A program made the position numbers and the translations under genes. This document shows positions 1-12,900 of a stretch of 64,000 nucleotides of DNA, piece by piece; positions within the stretch are counted from its first letter, which is position 1, and every line of letters starts with the position of its first letter. Origin of the DNA: Ruditapes philippinarum. Its lineage: Eukaryota. The notes below the pieces were generated by a model. That model made no database searches. It saw only the letters and a program-made list of their open reading frames with translations, and had not been told where the DNA came from. The DNA is taken from NCBI RefSeq assembly GCF_026571515.1, contig NW_026867118.1:124001-188000 (forward strand), in the 5' to 3' direction.

Positions 1-545
1 TTTGGGCATAGAATGCTCCGCCTTGCGGTGCTCTTGTTTCCCTAAGTATGACCTTTACCTTTAACACAGACACCTGAATTTTTTTGTGCAACACTCCGCT
101 TCACTATGGAGAACATTTATCCCAAGATATATCAAAATCCCTCAATGCATTCATACGGAAGTTACGCTTTGGACACAGATTTTGCGCTAACTTCCAAGTT
201 TGAACATGACCTTTGAGAGGCCTGGGTTTTGTGTGCAACGCACCACCCCATTATGGTGAACATTGTACCAAATTATTTTGTAATCCTTCAAAGAATGATT
301 AAGATACAGGGCCAACAAACAAATTTTAATATTTTGACCTTAGACCACTTGTGACCTTGACATTCATTTTGTGTGATACAATTCAATTCAACATGGAGAA
401 CATTTATGGTAAATTATATCAAAATCCATCCATGTATAAAGAAGTTATACTAGTCTTGAAAATGAAAGTTTTATTTTAAATGCAAGTTATATTGCAACTG
501 TTGCCAGCGATGGTTTAGCATTGATGAGTTACTTCTTGTTTTCAG

Positions 546-3500
546 GAGTTCATGTTGTGTAAGTCAGAGAATGGGAAAGATCCACGTCCATGTTTAAATG
601 AGGGCAAAGAGGTTACCCGTTGTGGTATGGAGTTCTTACAGAAAGTAAAGAAAAGCTGCGCAGAAAGCTTCACTGACTATTGGAAATGTCTTGATACGCA
701 GCATGAATTAAAATTTAGATTGTAAGTAATTAACTGCACTTTATTGATTTTACTTAATTTAATTGATTTTGAAGTTTTTCTGACCTGATGCTCTATACTT
801 TTGACAACGCAATTTTTGTATTTTTATACTATTTTTAACCAGGTTTTCCGAAGGAAAAAACTGATTATTAGATTGAGGTATGTCGGCAGCGGGCGGGCCG
901 ACGGACGGGCGGGCGTAAACAATTTCTTCTGTGCGCAACTCCTCATACATTTCTCAAAAGATTTTGACCAAACTTTCACAGAAGCTTTGTTATCAAGTGC
1001 CCTGGCGCATATTGTCAGGGTTTTGTGATTGGATAATATTTGACCTAATTATGGCCCTTTGTTTTTTTCCTTATATAGAATATATAGTAAACAATTTCTT
1101 CTGAGTGCAATTCCTCCTACATTTCTCAACAGATTCTGACCAAACTTTCACAGAAGCTTTGTCATCAAGTGCCCTGATGTATATTATTAGGGTTTTGTGA
1201 TTGGATAACAATTGACCTAATTATGGCACTTTGTTATTTTTCCTTACATAGAATATTGTGATTGGATAACAATTGACCTAATTATGGCACTTTGTTATTT
1301 TTCCTTACATAGAATATACAGTGAACAATTTCTTCTGTGCGCAGCTTCTCCTACATTTCTCAAAGGATTTTGTTCAAACTTTCACAGAAGCTTTGCCATC
1401 AAGTGTCCTGATGTATATTGTTAGGGTTTTGTGATTGGATAATTTTTGACCTAATTATGGCCCTTTGTTTTCTTTATGTGAACAATTTCTTCTGTGTGCA
1501 ACTCCTCCTACATTTCTCAAGGGATTTTGTTCAAGCTATCAAAGAAGCTTTGTCATCAAGTGCCCTGATGCATATTTTTGGGGTTTGTGATTGCATAATT
1601 TTTTACCTAATTATGGCCCTTTGTTTTCTTTGTACAGAATATATAGTGAACAATTTCTTCTGTTGCGCAACTCCTTCAACATTTCTCAAGGGATTTTGTT
1701 CAAGCTTTCACCTTCAAGTGCCCTGATGCATATTGTCAGGATTTTGTGATTGGATAAGTTTTGACCTAATTATGGCCCTTATTATGTTTTTTCCATAAAA
1801 TTTAATTATTAGTGTAATATATCCTTTTAATCACAACAAACTTTATTAAGTTATAAAACAGAAACTCTTTAGGTTGTTGCATGCCTGCCAGCTCATCTGC
1901 CTGCTTTTTGGTCCTGTAATGTCAAAGTCATTGTTGCTTAAAATAGAAAATCTGTTTCCAGTCAGGTCACTGTTACAAAAATAGAAAATAGGTTTCCGGT
2001 CAATAACTAGTTCACAATAAGATATTTTTATGAAATTTGATGTAAAGTAAGTTTTTATAAAGACCTCACTTGGGATGGCTTTTTGGCCCCAATAGGGTCA
2101 AGATTACAGTTACTAAAAATAGAAAATTCATTATTAATGATTTACATTGCACATAGTTAACTTACATTGTTTGTTGCTTGTATTTGTATTTCAACTACGA
2201 CATATTTATCTACAATGGTGATAATTGAAAACCTGGTTTCATGGCATTGCCATGTTTCTTGTTATCCCTTGAACTTTGAATGGGCTTCTCCATATTCAAA
2301 GATGGGTTAATCTTGAGCACAGATTCAAATTTTTAGGTTAAGGGGTCAAGTATTTAAATTCTTCTGCTGATTTTGGAACCATTGAATAATCACTCTTATG
2401 TATTCTGATATTGACACCGCAGAATAGGGCAGGAAGGTAACGATCTGCGGCTACATGAAGAATTGATTTGAGTACATCAGATGCGAAGAATTATATTACA
2501 AAAATTCACAAGACTCAATACTAGGTCAAGGTCAGCAGAGATTATTAAATGTCGAAATTTGTAGGGAGAATAAATGTGTTCTAAGTGCAAGGATGCCATG
2601 GATAGTAAAATTATTTGATACAAATGATTACTGCTATGAAAAATAGCACCCAGAAACCAGGTTTCTTGATCAAAGGTCAGGTCACAGTAAGAGGTCAGAC
2701 AAAATACTTGTCCATAGTAAAGCTCCTCCAATTATTGAGGGATTATAATACACATTGGCACAAATTTTCACCTTTGTTATAGGAGGAATATTACTTGCAT
2801 ATTCAGGTCTCTAAGGTTAAAAGTCAGATAAAAAATATATATAGTCTCAAATGGAGGAATTATACTGTATCAAAAATGTTCAAAATCACAATCATGAGTG
2901 TTAACAGCATAATCATTTTTTTCAAGGTCATTGTATGCAAGGTGCAGACTATGTCTGAGCCATTCATGTATCTTCTTATATATTAAGTATTAAATTGATA
3001 AGAAGTTAGACGTCATCACAGAAAAAGTGTTGCGCATATAAAAGTAGTCTTAAAAGAAAATGCTTGTTAGGAGAAAAACTTCTACAAGAATTTTAATGTA
3101 ACTCTGCACAATTTTCACCATTGTGAAAGAAGCCCCTTGTGGCTGAGAGGTTGGGTTCAATGGTTGAGGCAAAAGAATCGCAGCAACCATTTATCAGTAA
3201 TTATCATTGTGTGATTGTAAAAGGCGACTAAATGGGATAGAATAACTGGAGCATATGCATCTCTTAGCTCCAGCAGGTCAGGTTGTTTTGAACTCTGTTT
3301 GTAACAACCGAGGTTAAACAAAATCATCTTTCCTTTTTTGTTGCCATATAGCCTGTGCTGTGTTGTTGTGCTGTAAAACCAAACATTTAACAAATGAAAT
3401 TGTGAAGCAGTGTTTTGTGCAAAAATTCAGGTCATAAGGTAAAGGTCACCTGCAGAGGTAAAAAGTTGGACAAGAAATATGAAAACATGTATCTGTAGAC

Positions 3501-4522
3501 AGACATAACAGTGGAATGTAGTGTCATGGGGACACATTTCTAGATTAATAACTCTTTTGATGCTAAATATTATGACCAATGTAAGGTATTTGTGCAGATT
3601 TTTGATAATCTTTAGAAACAAGTCTGTGTTGATATTTTTGGATTTTCTTTTAGTCATGCAATATATAAATATAACTACAACTAAGTAATGAATACATTAA
3701 ACATGTATTTAATTATCTTAGGATATTTTTAGTCTCATTTTTTGTAACAATTAACATTTTTGCAATGTTCTCAACAGAGGTGTTTACTTGACTCAAAAAA
3801 TGCCTCCAGATTCATGCTAAAAATGTTTTAAAGAATAAAAGATTGTCATATGAACAAAGAAATTTACGCATAAAAACAGCTTTTAAAATCTATGACAATG
3901 ACCAAAAAATGGTCAAAATACATGTATGCAAAAAGTTCTGCAAGGAAGTAGTAACATGGTGGTTAATACTGCAAAATCAGTCATTAATACCATGTAACAT
4001 GTTAAATTATTTCTTGAATTGTTAATGTTTTTACTTTTCTTAACATCTTGGTACACTTTTTGTCAAGGTTGATTTTCTTGAAATATTTTGGCTGGAGGCA
4101 TGTAGCTTTAACCAGCTGGACAGAAAGCCAGATTAGCCTTTCGTCACTGGTATAGAGCTAGGCTGGCCTGCATTTCTATGTAGTCAGACCAGCTATACAC
4201 TGTTGATCGACTAACTTGATAATTTCATCTAAAATAGATAGCCATGGAAAGCGAGTGTAAGAAATCCATCAGGTTATTAATAGTTAATTTGTTGTTCTTT
4301 TTTCTATTCAGTTGTAGGAAATATCAGACCATATTTGACAATTGTGTGGAGGAGCAAATAGGACTAACTAGACCCGATATAATGCACTTTATGAAGATTC
4401 GCCTACATAAAACGAATAGACCGAAACCTGAAGAGCCAGAATTACCTGCCCCGTTAGCAGATCCAGATCTTAACAGAGAACCTAGTAATCCACACTACAG
4501 ACGCTACGGCTTTTCTAAATAA
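546..4522 (+). CDS. NDUFA8: NADH dehydrogenase (ubiquinone) 1 alpha subcomplex subunit 8, last two coding exons (5' exons lie upstream of the window)
   Basis: Exons 546-721 (EFMLCKSENGKDPRPCLNEGKEVTRCGMEFLQKVKKSCAESFTDYWKCLD...) and 4312-4522 (CRKYQTIFDNCVEEQIGLTRPD...KIRLHKTNRPKP...stop). Canonical AG/GT ends and a compatible phase-2 junction. The CX9C cysteine pairs and the EFMLC..E..DPR.CL.EGK motif match NDUFA8. Confidence 0.93.
832..2263 (+). mobile_element. HINE (non-autonomous Helentron-like) element with an internal ~150-bp tandem array
   Basis: Subterminal inverted motif AACCAGGTTTTC (837) / GAAAACCTGGTT (2227), a GGGC microsatellite near the 5' end, about six copies of AATTTCTTCTGTGCGCAACTCCTC..., and a terminal hairpin CATGGCATTGCCATG followed by TTTCTTGTT. 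Confidence 0.75.
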
Positions 4523-5980
4523 TTTCTTGGACAATTTCGAAACTGTATTTCTGAAAAGAAATAATATTTGAGTAAAGAAACAATACACGTATTTCAGGAT
4601 GCAAAGAATTATGGCCGTGTAGGGTGTTTGATTGTTTTTGTTATGATCTTAAATATGTACATTTATACTTACATGTATTTGATTGAATGTCAAAAGTGCT
4701 TTCACATGTTTTCAAAATTTTAACATTTAGCAAACAAGTTACATAATGATATTTTTCAGGTTTTTACAAGATTAAAAGAGATTTCAACAATTGAGAAAAA
4801 GTGTGCTGTATTTAGTTAAAAGTTATCAAGTTATTTGAAAAAACATGTGCTATATTATAAACTTACAAGGTTTTTTATTGATTATAAAATATTTATAAAT
4901 GGAAGAAGTTGTTTATTTTATTCATCCTAATGTAACTTGTTAATTACCCTGTAAGCAATTTCTGGTATTTTACTTGGTCTGCATTGAACTTATATATATA
5001 CGAATACGAATTTGAACTTATATATATGGCCTTTGTAAATCAATCAGGTTTTCAATTTTGAAAAAGCTTGTTATTAGATTGGTGTATGACGACAGGTGCT
5101 CGGATAGAGGTCGAACAGGTGATTCTGATCCATAACTAGCAAGCATTTCTTAGTGTCACCATGGGTCAGATTATCAGACTTGTTCCCAATTGCAAAACTT
5201 TAATTACTGCTTTGTTTCGCATAAAAACTGTTTTCTTCTTCTTCAAAAAAAAATCCTAATCAAACTGAAATTTCTAAAATCAAAACTGACTAATTTGCAG
5301 AAATTTATTTTTTTATCATTAGGAATGAAATATTGTAATCAAACTATGGTATATGGCAAGCTTGTGCATAGACCTCACTTTGGATTGCTATAGGGTCCCC
5401 TAGGGTCAAGGTCACTAAAAAGAAAATAGGTTTCCATGCTAACAGTGTGCATACTGTGACAGCAAGGTTTTACACAGCCACCCCCAATGAAATATCCACA
5501 GCTGCTGCAGGAGATACGGATGTCCGTCCTGGTCCTTCATTTGGCATGAAGCATCAGCTTGTGGTCTTTTACAAAAGTAAAATGTTTAATGCAGTCTACT
5601 TCTTTTGAGAAATTACAATGCCAAGAGTTGAGAGATTTGGCATGTACAATGTTATGCTGACAAAGAGTGAAATATTTTTACAAGACATGGGTTTTAAATT
5701 GTATCAATATTCTAATTTTAGAATCAGTATTAAATCAACTGTTTAATATCTACAGGGTTATTTAATGACAGCCCTATCTACAAGTTTATATATAATATAT
5801 TATGTTCCTGAGGTCAAAACTGACCAAACCACGAGGATCAATTAGTTTATGCACACATTTAGAATGATATTTAGACCTTGTGGAAAACTACATGTATAAT
5901 GCACAGTGCTTTTATATTGATTACATATCAATACTTAACAGTGAAGTAATATAGTTTTTGCCAGATTTTTTTTATGCTGC

Positions 5981-6061
5981 AGCATTTGTGATGCAGTGGC
6001 ATATAGCAATTCACATGTGTTACACATGTGAATTGCTATATGCCACTGCATCGCAAATGCT
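5981..6061. repeat. 81-bp near-perfect palindrome (40-bp arms)
   Basis: AGCATTTGTGATGCAGTGGCATATAGCAATTCACATGTGT-T-ACACATGTGAATTGCTATATGCCACTGCATCGCAAATGCT, one mismatch. Confidence 0.95.
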
Positions 6062-6959
6062 TAAGTGTTTAGTGTGTAATATAGTGAACTTAAAAAATCT
6101 TCTTGTGAAAAACCACTAGTCCAATTTAAACCAAACTTGTCAGGATTGTTCCTTGGGTGAAGGGCTTCCAAATTTGTTAAAGAATTCGATTCCATGCAAT
6201 TATCTGGTTCACAAGATCCTATAGCATAGATATTTTGCATAAGTTAAAATTGGCCCTGCAAAGGTCAATGTTATATGTGAATTTCTCAAATTAAATGTTT
6301 AATCCAAGTATAAATAAAGTACATGTACAGCTGTACATCAATTAATAATATGAATTAAGAGAAGCACTGACAGCCTGACAACCAGATGGCTGCACAGTCT
6401 CAAACAAGTATACCCCCCTTACAATTTGTGTTCTAAAATATTTATATTATTGCTTTTCAATGCTGAACTGAAAAGTGGGCCAAAAAATTACTTAACTGTG
6501 ATGAACGGTACATAAATTTTATTTTTAATGTCAAAACACAGAAATTTCCTAGAAAATCATAATAGATATACATAAGAACCTGGAACTTCTTTATTGTGAA
6601 ATTAAAAACTTACCTTATCTTAAAAATTTCAAACATTTATTATGCGAACAATTGTTTAAAGGAAATACAAAGCTGAAGTTTTGAGAATGTAATAAAATCC
6701 ACAGCATTTTTTTACAGCACGTCATTAAGAAACGTCCACAATTAGTAATTCCATTTTAGACCTTACATTGAATACTGGTCTAAAAGTAAATCATTTACTT
6801 CTGCAAATTTAGATATTGTTTTTTTAAAGCTCTTTTTACCTAGAAATGCCCACAAGTACTCCCTATTTAAGATTCTAACATCGAAGACTGATCTTAAAGT
6901 AAATTTTTTCAACTTCTGCAGATTTTCGTTTTAATCAATACATATAGTCGTTACACAAA

Positions 6960-9900
6960 TCACACTTTCATATCGTTAAAAAGTTTGTTGAGATCTTTTT
7001 CTTCTTTCTCGATCATCTCAAAAGCTTTCAAAACAGCGTCTGAAAATTGCACGTCTTCTTTAAACAACAGATAATTGAGTATCAGTTTTGGGGCATGTAG
7101 TTTATAAACTGATTTCTTTGAAAAATATGAACATTTCATCAATTGTAAAACAATAATCTTCCGACATTGACTCTGTAGACTGTGTACCTCACCTAAAATA
7201 GATGAAAATAAAGTTTTATTACATATACCTGCACTGTATACGAGTGTCACTAAGGTTTGTTGATATACCTTCTCATGGCAAATATTATTTCAGTAAAATT
7301 TCACTAAAGTAATTATACTGATTTCATACAAAGTTATTATTGGAGATTGCAAAACTTTAAAATATAAATAATGATTGTAATTGATTGTAATTAAAGTGTT
7401 GGGCCATGTGGTTAAGGTTGTTGACCTCAAATCACTAGCTCCTTGCTGCTGTGGGTTTTAATGGCATCATGGACCTTGAATTCTTTCAAGTGAGGTATCC
7501 AGTTAACTTATGGAACATCGATGGTTCTACTTGGGTGCTCAGTTGTGCTTGAAATAATGCACAGAAGGGCACCTGATGCCTTCACATAACCTTTATAACA
7601 CAATCCAAAAAAAAATGTTTATGAACACTTTTTTTTATGAACACAATTTATATCATCTAGTAGATAGAAAATAAATATTTCATGAGTGGCAAATACTAAT
7701 ATTTGATCATTTTCATACCACAAGATGAAAACAAGAAACATGGCAATGCCATGAAACCAGGTTTTCAATTATCACCATTGTAGATAAATATGTTGTATTT
7801 GAAATACAAATACAAGCAACAAACAATGTAACTATGTGCAATGTAAAACATGAATAATGTAGGAGGAATTGCCACTGAAGAAGTGTTCACTATAATATTA
7901 TGTATAAGGAAAAAAACAAAGGGCCATAATTAGGTCAAAAACTATCCAATCACAAAACCCCGACAATATGTGCCAGGGTGCTTGATGACAAAGCTTCTGT
8001 GAAAGTTTGAACAAAATCCGTTGAGAAATGTAGGACGAGTTCAGCACAGAAGAATTTGTTCACTATAATTATATTGATAATTCTGTATAATGAAAAACAA
8101 GTTACAAAGTAGACATGAAATAATATATCATATCTTTTTTAAATTACCTCCAAAGATGATATGACCTTTGACTGCCAAATCAAGTTAAAATCATGTAAAC
8201 AGGATTTTCAATGTTAATGTCACTGTGACCTTGACCTTGGAGCCAGCCATGCGGAACATGCGTTCTGCACGTCATCTTGATGTGGTAAACATTTGTCTGA
8301 AGTTTCATCAAAATTCTTCAAAGGGTTGAAGAGTTACAGAGCGGACAGGATTTTCAATGTTAATGTCACTGTGACCTTGACCTTGGAGCCAGCCATGCGG
8401 AACATGCGTTCTGCACGTCATCTTGATGTGGTAAACATTTGTCTGAAGTTTCATCAAAATTCTTCAAAGGGTTGAAGAGTTACAGAGCGGACAGGATTTT
8501 CAATGTTAATGTCACTGTGACCTTGCCCTTGGAGCCAGCCATGCGGAACATGCGTTCTGCACGTCATCTTGATGTGGTAAACATTTGTCTGAAGTTTCAT
8601 CAAAATTCTTCAAAGGGTTGAAGAGTTACAGAGCGGACACAATTTCGTTTGACGCCCGCCCATCCGCCCAGCCGCCCATCCGCCCATCCGCCCGCCATAC
8701 CCCAATCTAATAACCAGGATTTTCAAAATTGAAAACCTGGTTAATAATCCTGTATTTATAAACTTGAATTTTCTATTTATTATACATGTATACACTGTTT
8801 TACCAAATTTTCTGTAAAATTATTTGTTTCCACATGATAGCTTTTGACTAAGTTTATATTTGGCATGCCAGTAAGCATATTAAAAGACAAGTTTGATTTT
8901 CGGTGCAATCAAAATATTATTGAAAGAGTTATGCCCCTTTTAAAGCAAATTTTCTATAAAATTATTGGTTTCCCCAAAAATAACTTTCACAGCGAGTTTT
9001 CTCAAAGATAACTCAAAGGATTTACACTGAAGGCATTTTTTGTCAGCGATTTTGTCTTTTATTTGCTTTTGGGCTTTATAATGTTGCCCCAATTTTTAGC
9101 AGAGCTCTTAACTGAATGCTTTAATATTCAAAATACAGTAATGCTATATCTATGCACAAATTTGGCAAAAAATGCTTGAATTAAAGCATTACTTTTTAAA
9201 GTAATTCACCCATATCAGACAACAGTTGTACATCTTCTTTCACCATCAAACAAAAAATCCAGCAAATTATGTGTCACAGACTTGTAAGAGTGTCTTTACC
9301 TGAATTAAGCATATTCTTAAATTCTTTTCCCATTTTCTCTTTTAGTTTTTCTTCTCTTTTGACAGTTGCAGTATATGTAGTCAAATATAACTGTAGTTTA
9401 CGTATACAAGATTGCTTCACTGGAATATTACAAACAGACGTGTCATCATCCAAAAGTCTGAAAATTAAAATTGCAAGCATCGAGAATATTTTCAGATTCA
9501 TTTCTAAATCCAATGTGCATGCAACATTTTTCTACTCATCTCTTAAATTCTTCACTTAATTACAAGCAGACAAGGGGATTTTTTTTAAAAATCAAAGAGA
9601 GGTTATCAAAATTCATTGTGAAATCCTAGAGAGGTTATTAAACTCATTGTTAAATCAAAGAGAGGTTATCAAATTCATTGTGAAATCCTAGAGAAGTTAT
9701 TAAATTCTTTGTGAAATAATAGAGATGTTATTAAATTCAATGTGTTATCAAATTCATTGTGAAATCATAGATGTTTTTAATTCATTGTTAATTTATAGAA
9801 AGGTTATTAAATTAATTGTGAAATCATAGAAGGGTTATTAAATTCATTGTGAAATAATAGAAGGGTTATTAAATTCATTCACTGTGAAATCATAGAGGTT

Positions 9901-12900
9901 ATTAAGTTCATTATGAAATCATATACCAGAATTAAAGAATTAATACTGAATGTTGTAAAGAGGTAATACAGTTCTACTAAGGGCAGCACTGTGGAGGTTA
10001 CACTGTATATACCATTTGCAAAGTACAATGTTATCTGGACACTTACTTGTGTGTGTCAATAATTCCCCTACTGCTATTTCCTTTCACTGTATACTTCAAC
10101 ATAGCACAGAAATACCCAAGAGCGCATGGTGCCATAGAAACATGGTCAAGCCAATATCTGGGAAAGTGAACATTTACACCAAGTCTCAACATTAATATGA
10201 ATACAGGAAAATACTTATAACCATTCTCAATAACACATCCAATGCATTTCCGTAATGCAAATTCATCCCTTCTTAAACACTCCTCTAAGAATGGTCTAAA
10301 CTTTTTTGTTAAAAGCACTGCAGGTCTTGTCCTAATATCAAAACTAAAGGGATTTCTTTCTGCCAGGTAGTTCAAGTTCTTTTCTCCACTATAAAGATTT
10401 GAAAAGAATGGATTGCCAAGAAGAATTCTGAGGCACTCTTCGGAGTCTAGACTTGCTGCTATAGCTACAGGGTTAAAGTTTACTCTTATTTCAGGATCAA
10501 AATCATTCATCTCCCATATGAAATTTGTAAGATCAGTTGCAGGTGTTAAGATCTCAACACATCTGAAAAAAAGTTGAATCTGTATGTAAATAAACTAAAA
10601 CCAGCAAATAATAAGAAAATACAACTATCTTATACAAATATGGATAGAAAATGTATGAACAAAATATATGATCCTCGACCTAATTTGAAAATTCAATGAC
10701 TTGACCTACTGGCCCAAATACCCACTTAGAAAGTTCTTTGACCTACAGACCAACATTTACTACTATCAAGTTCTTTACCCTTCTGACCAAAATAGTCAAT
10801 GAGCAAGTTTGTTGAATTGATATTCCCAAACGTACAATGAGACTCACTTGAATGAATGAATGAATGAATGGCAATAGAGAATAAGTACAGTAGCCACATA
10901 AGTATCCTCTAGGAAGTTAATTAAGTCAGACAAACAGAATATCCCTTTTTTCGATTTTTAATGGCAGGGGATAATAAGAAAGATTCTTGACCTATAAATC
11001 AAAATAAATACTAGAAAATACCTTAACCTACTGACCCATCTATACACTTTGATAGTTTCTCAACCTACTGACACAATTACTCAATTACAAAAAGTCCTTG
11101 ACCTACTTACAGAAATCATTATTTAAAAGTTCCTCGACCTACTTACTTAAAACGCAAATTTATAATATCCGATAATAAATGGCAATATTACTTTTTTGTC
11201 ACAAGTTAATACCATTCTATTGTTGGATCTTATTTGACTCTCAATCACCTTGACTTTTGATCTGTTTGCTACAAAAAGTCAAGGTCACTTAATGACCTAA
11301 TTTTTATAATTGAAAATTCTATAAAATCTCACAGAAAACACTTGCCACTTACTGATGAAAAAAAGAATGGTCAGTCATGACCAATATAAAATACTTACTC
11401 CTTGTTACCTCTATATAAAGCCAACAGTAGGGGTGTATAGAGAAAGCCTGGTTTTATGTCTTCAGCACTTATACCAAGATCAGCATCAGCTCCATTTTGA
11501 AGCAGGATTCTGACACAGTCCACATTATCATTCTGCGTGGCCAGGTAAAGTGGAGTAGCTAGGTCAAAGGCTGCTTTGTTCACAAGCTCTTTCTTGAATA
11601 CATTCCCTACAATTCATATAACAAACAAGACCTGTTAGTGGGACTGCATGCTTGAAGATTCTAAGTGCTGGATAGTAAAACAAGAGCCTGGATAATGTAT
11701 TTTTTTTAAGTTATACTCGTAAAAAGGGCTATAATTCTGTCAAAATCAAAGTTAGAGTTATTCGCTTTGGAAATTTACCTTCCATTATGCTCTAAAATAG
11801 GTATGTGAAGTTTCAACCAATTTTCTTCAATAGTTTTGGAAATAGCAACTTGCACACAGACACTTAACCAAAGTGTGATACTGATGCCTCTGTGTGATAG
11901 CTCTCTCTTTTTCTTAAAAAAATCGAGCTAAAAATCACTGATAAATGTATTATAATGTGACATTATTATTTTATCTTACAACTTGTGGTGTATTATGTAT
12001 TCTATTGCCAACTCCTAACATGCATATTGGGAAAAAAATTATAACTTACAAAATTACAAGACAGAATAAGCATACCTATTAATCAAGTTATCCTTTTAGA
12101 ATTTACTTTGTTTCATGTGCCTGCAGTATTGTCATGCTGGTAAAATTGTATCCATAATGCAGCATGATTTAAGCATTTCAAGGAATTATCGTGGTTAATG
12201 AAATTTGTGACTTTTGTTTATTTAAAGCACCAGACATTTATTTATATATTTGGGTTTTAAGTCACTCCGCCACTCATGTACTGTAATCATATGTTAATTT
12301 CCAATTTTACTGATAGAGGACTACCTCATGAGATCAGGTACTCCATATGCAATATTTAATACATAAATGGGGACCTTAGTAGAACCACTGACATCCTGTA
12401 ACCTATCTTAATGGCTTCCTTACATGATGAAAGATTGTAAAGTTCTTTGCGAGATTCAAATTAAGGGCTTAAGTCAAATAGCTTGGCCAGAGATGCCCCT
12501 GAACATCAGACATTGTGATTCATAGAGATGCCATTTTAGAGAAGGATTCTGACAGTCAACATTTTCATTTTCAAATGTTAGCATCTCAAACAGTTATTAC
12601 TGTCTTTTTTATGAGGGAACAAACAGTTGTAATTCGTAAGTCTGAAAATTATGCTTTAAAAGCACCTGGTAAAATTACTAATCTTAATACAATGTATCTG
12701 CAAATGATAATTATAGGCATTTATACTACTTTGATTACCTCTATCATGAGCACAGGTTAATATATACTGTAAACATTTTGTCCTTCCGAACTGGGCAGCA
12801 GTAAATACAGCAGTTAGACCAGATTCATCTTGTAAAGTAAGGTTTATACCAGCCTCCACCAAACATTTGACCAATAGTAAACTGTTACTATCGTCATGGT

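Noticed and set aside
801-1726. ORFs 801-1028 and 1418-1726
   Set aside because: They fall inside the HINE tandem array within an NDUFA8 intron.
8293-8621. Duplicated 60-aa ORFs
   Set aside because: By-product of the 146-bp tandem repeat; they do not start at a true ATG and show no protein features.
9595-9925. ~30-bp repeats (also 33460-34200) as a CRISPR array
   Set aside because: The units are contiguous and degenerate with no unique spacers, they are intronic in a eukaryotic gene, and there are no cas genes.
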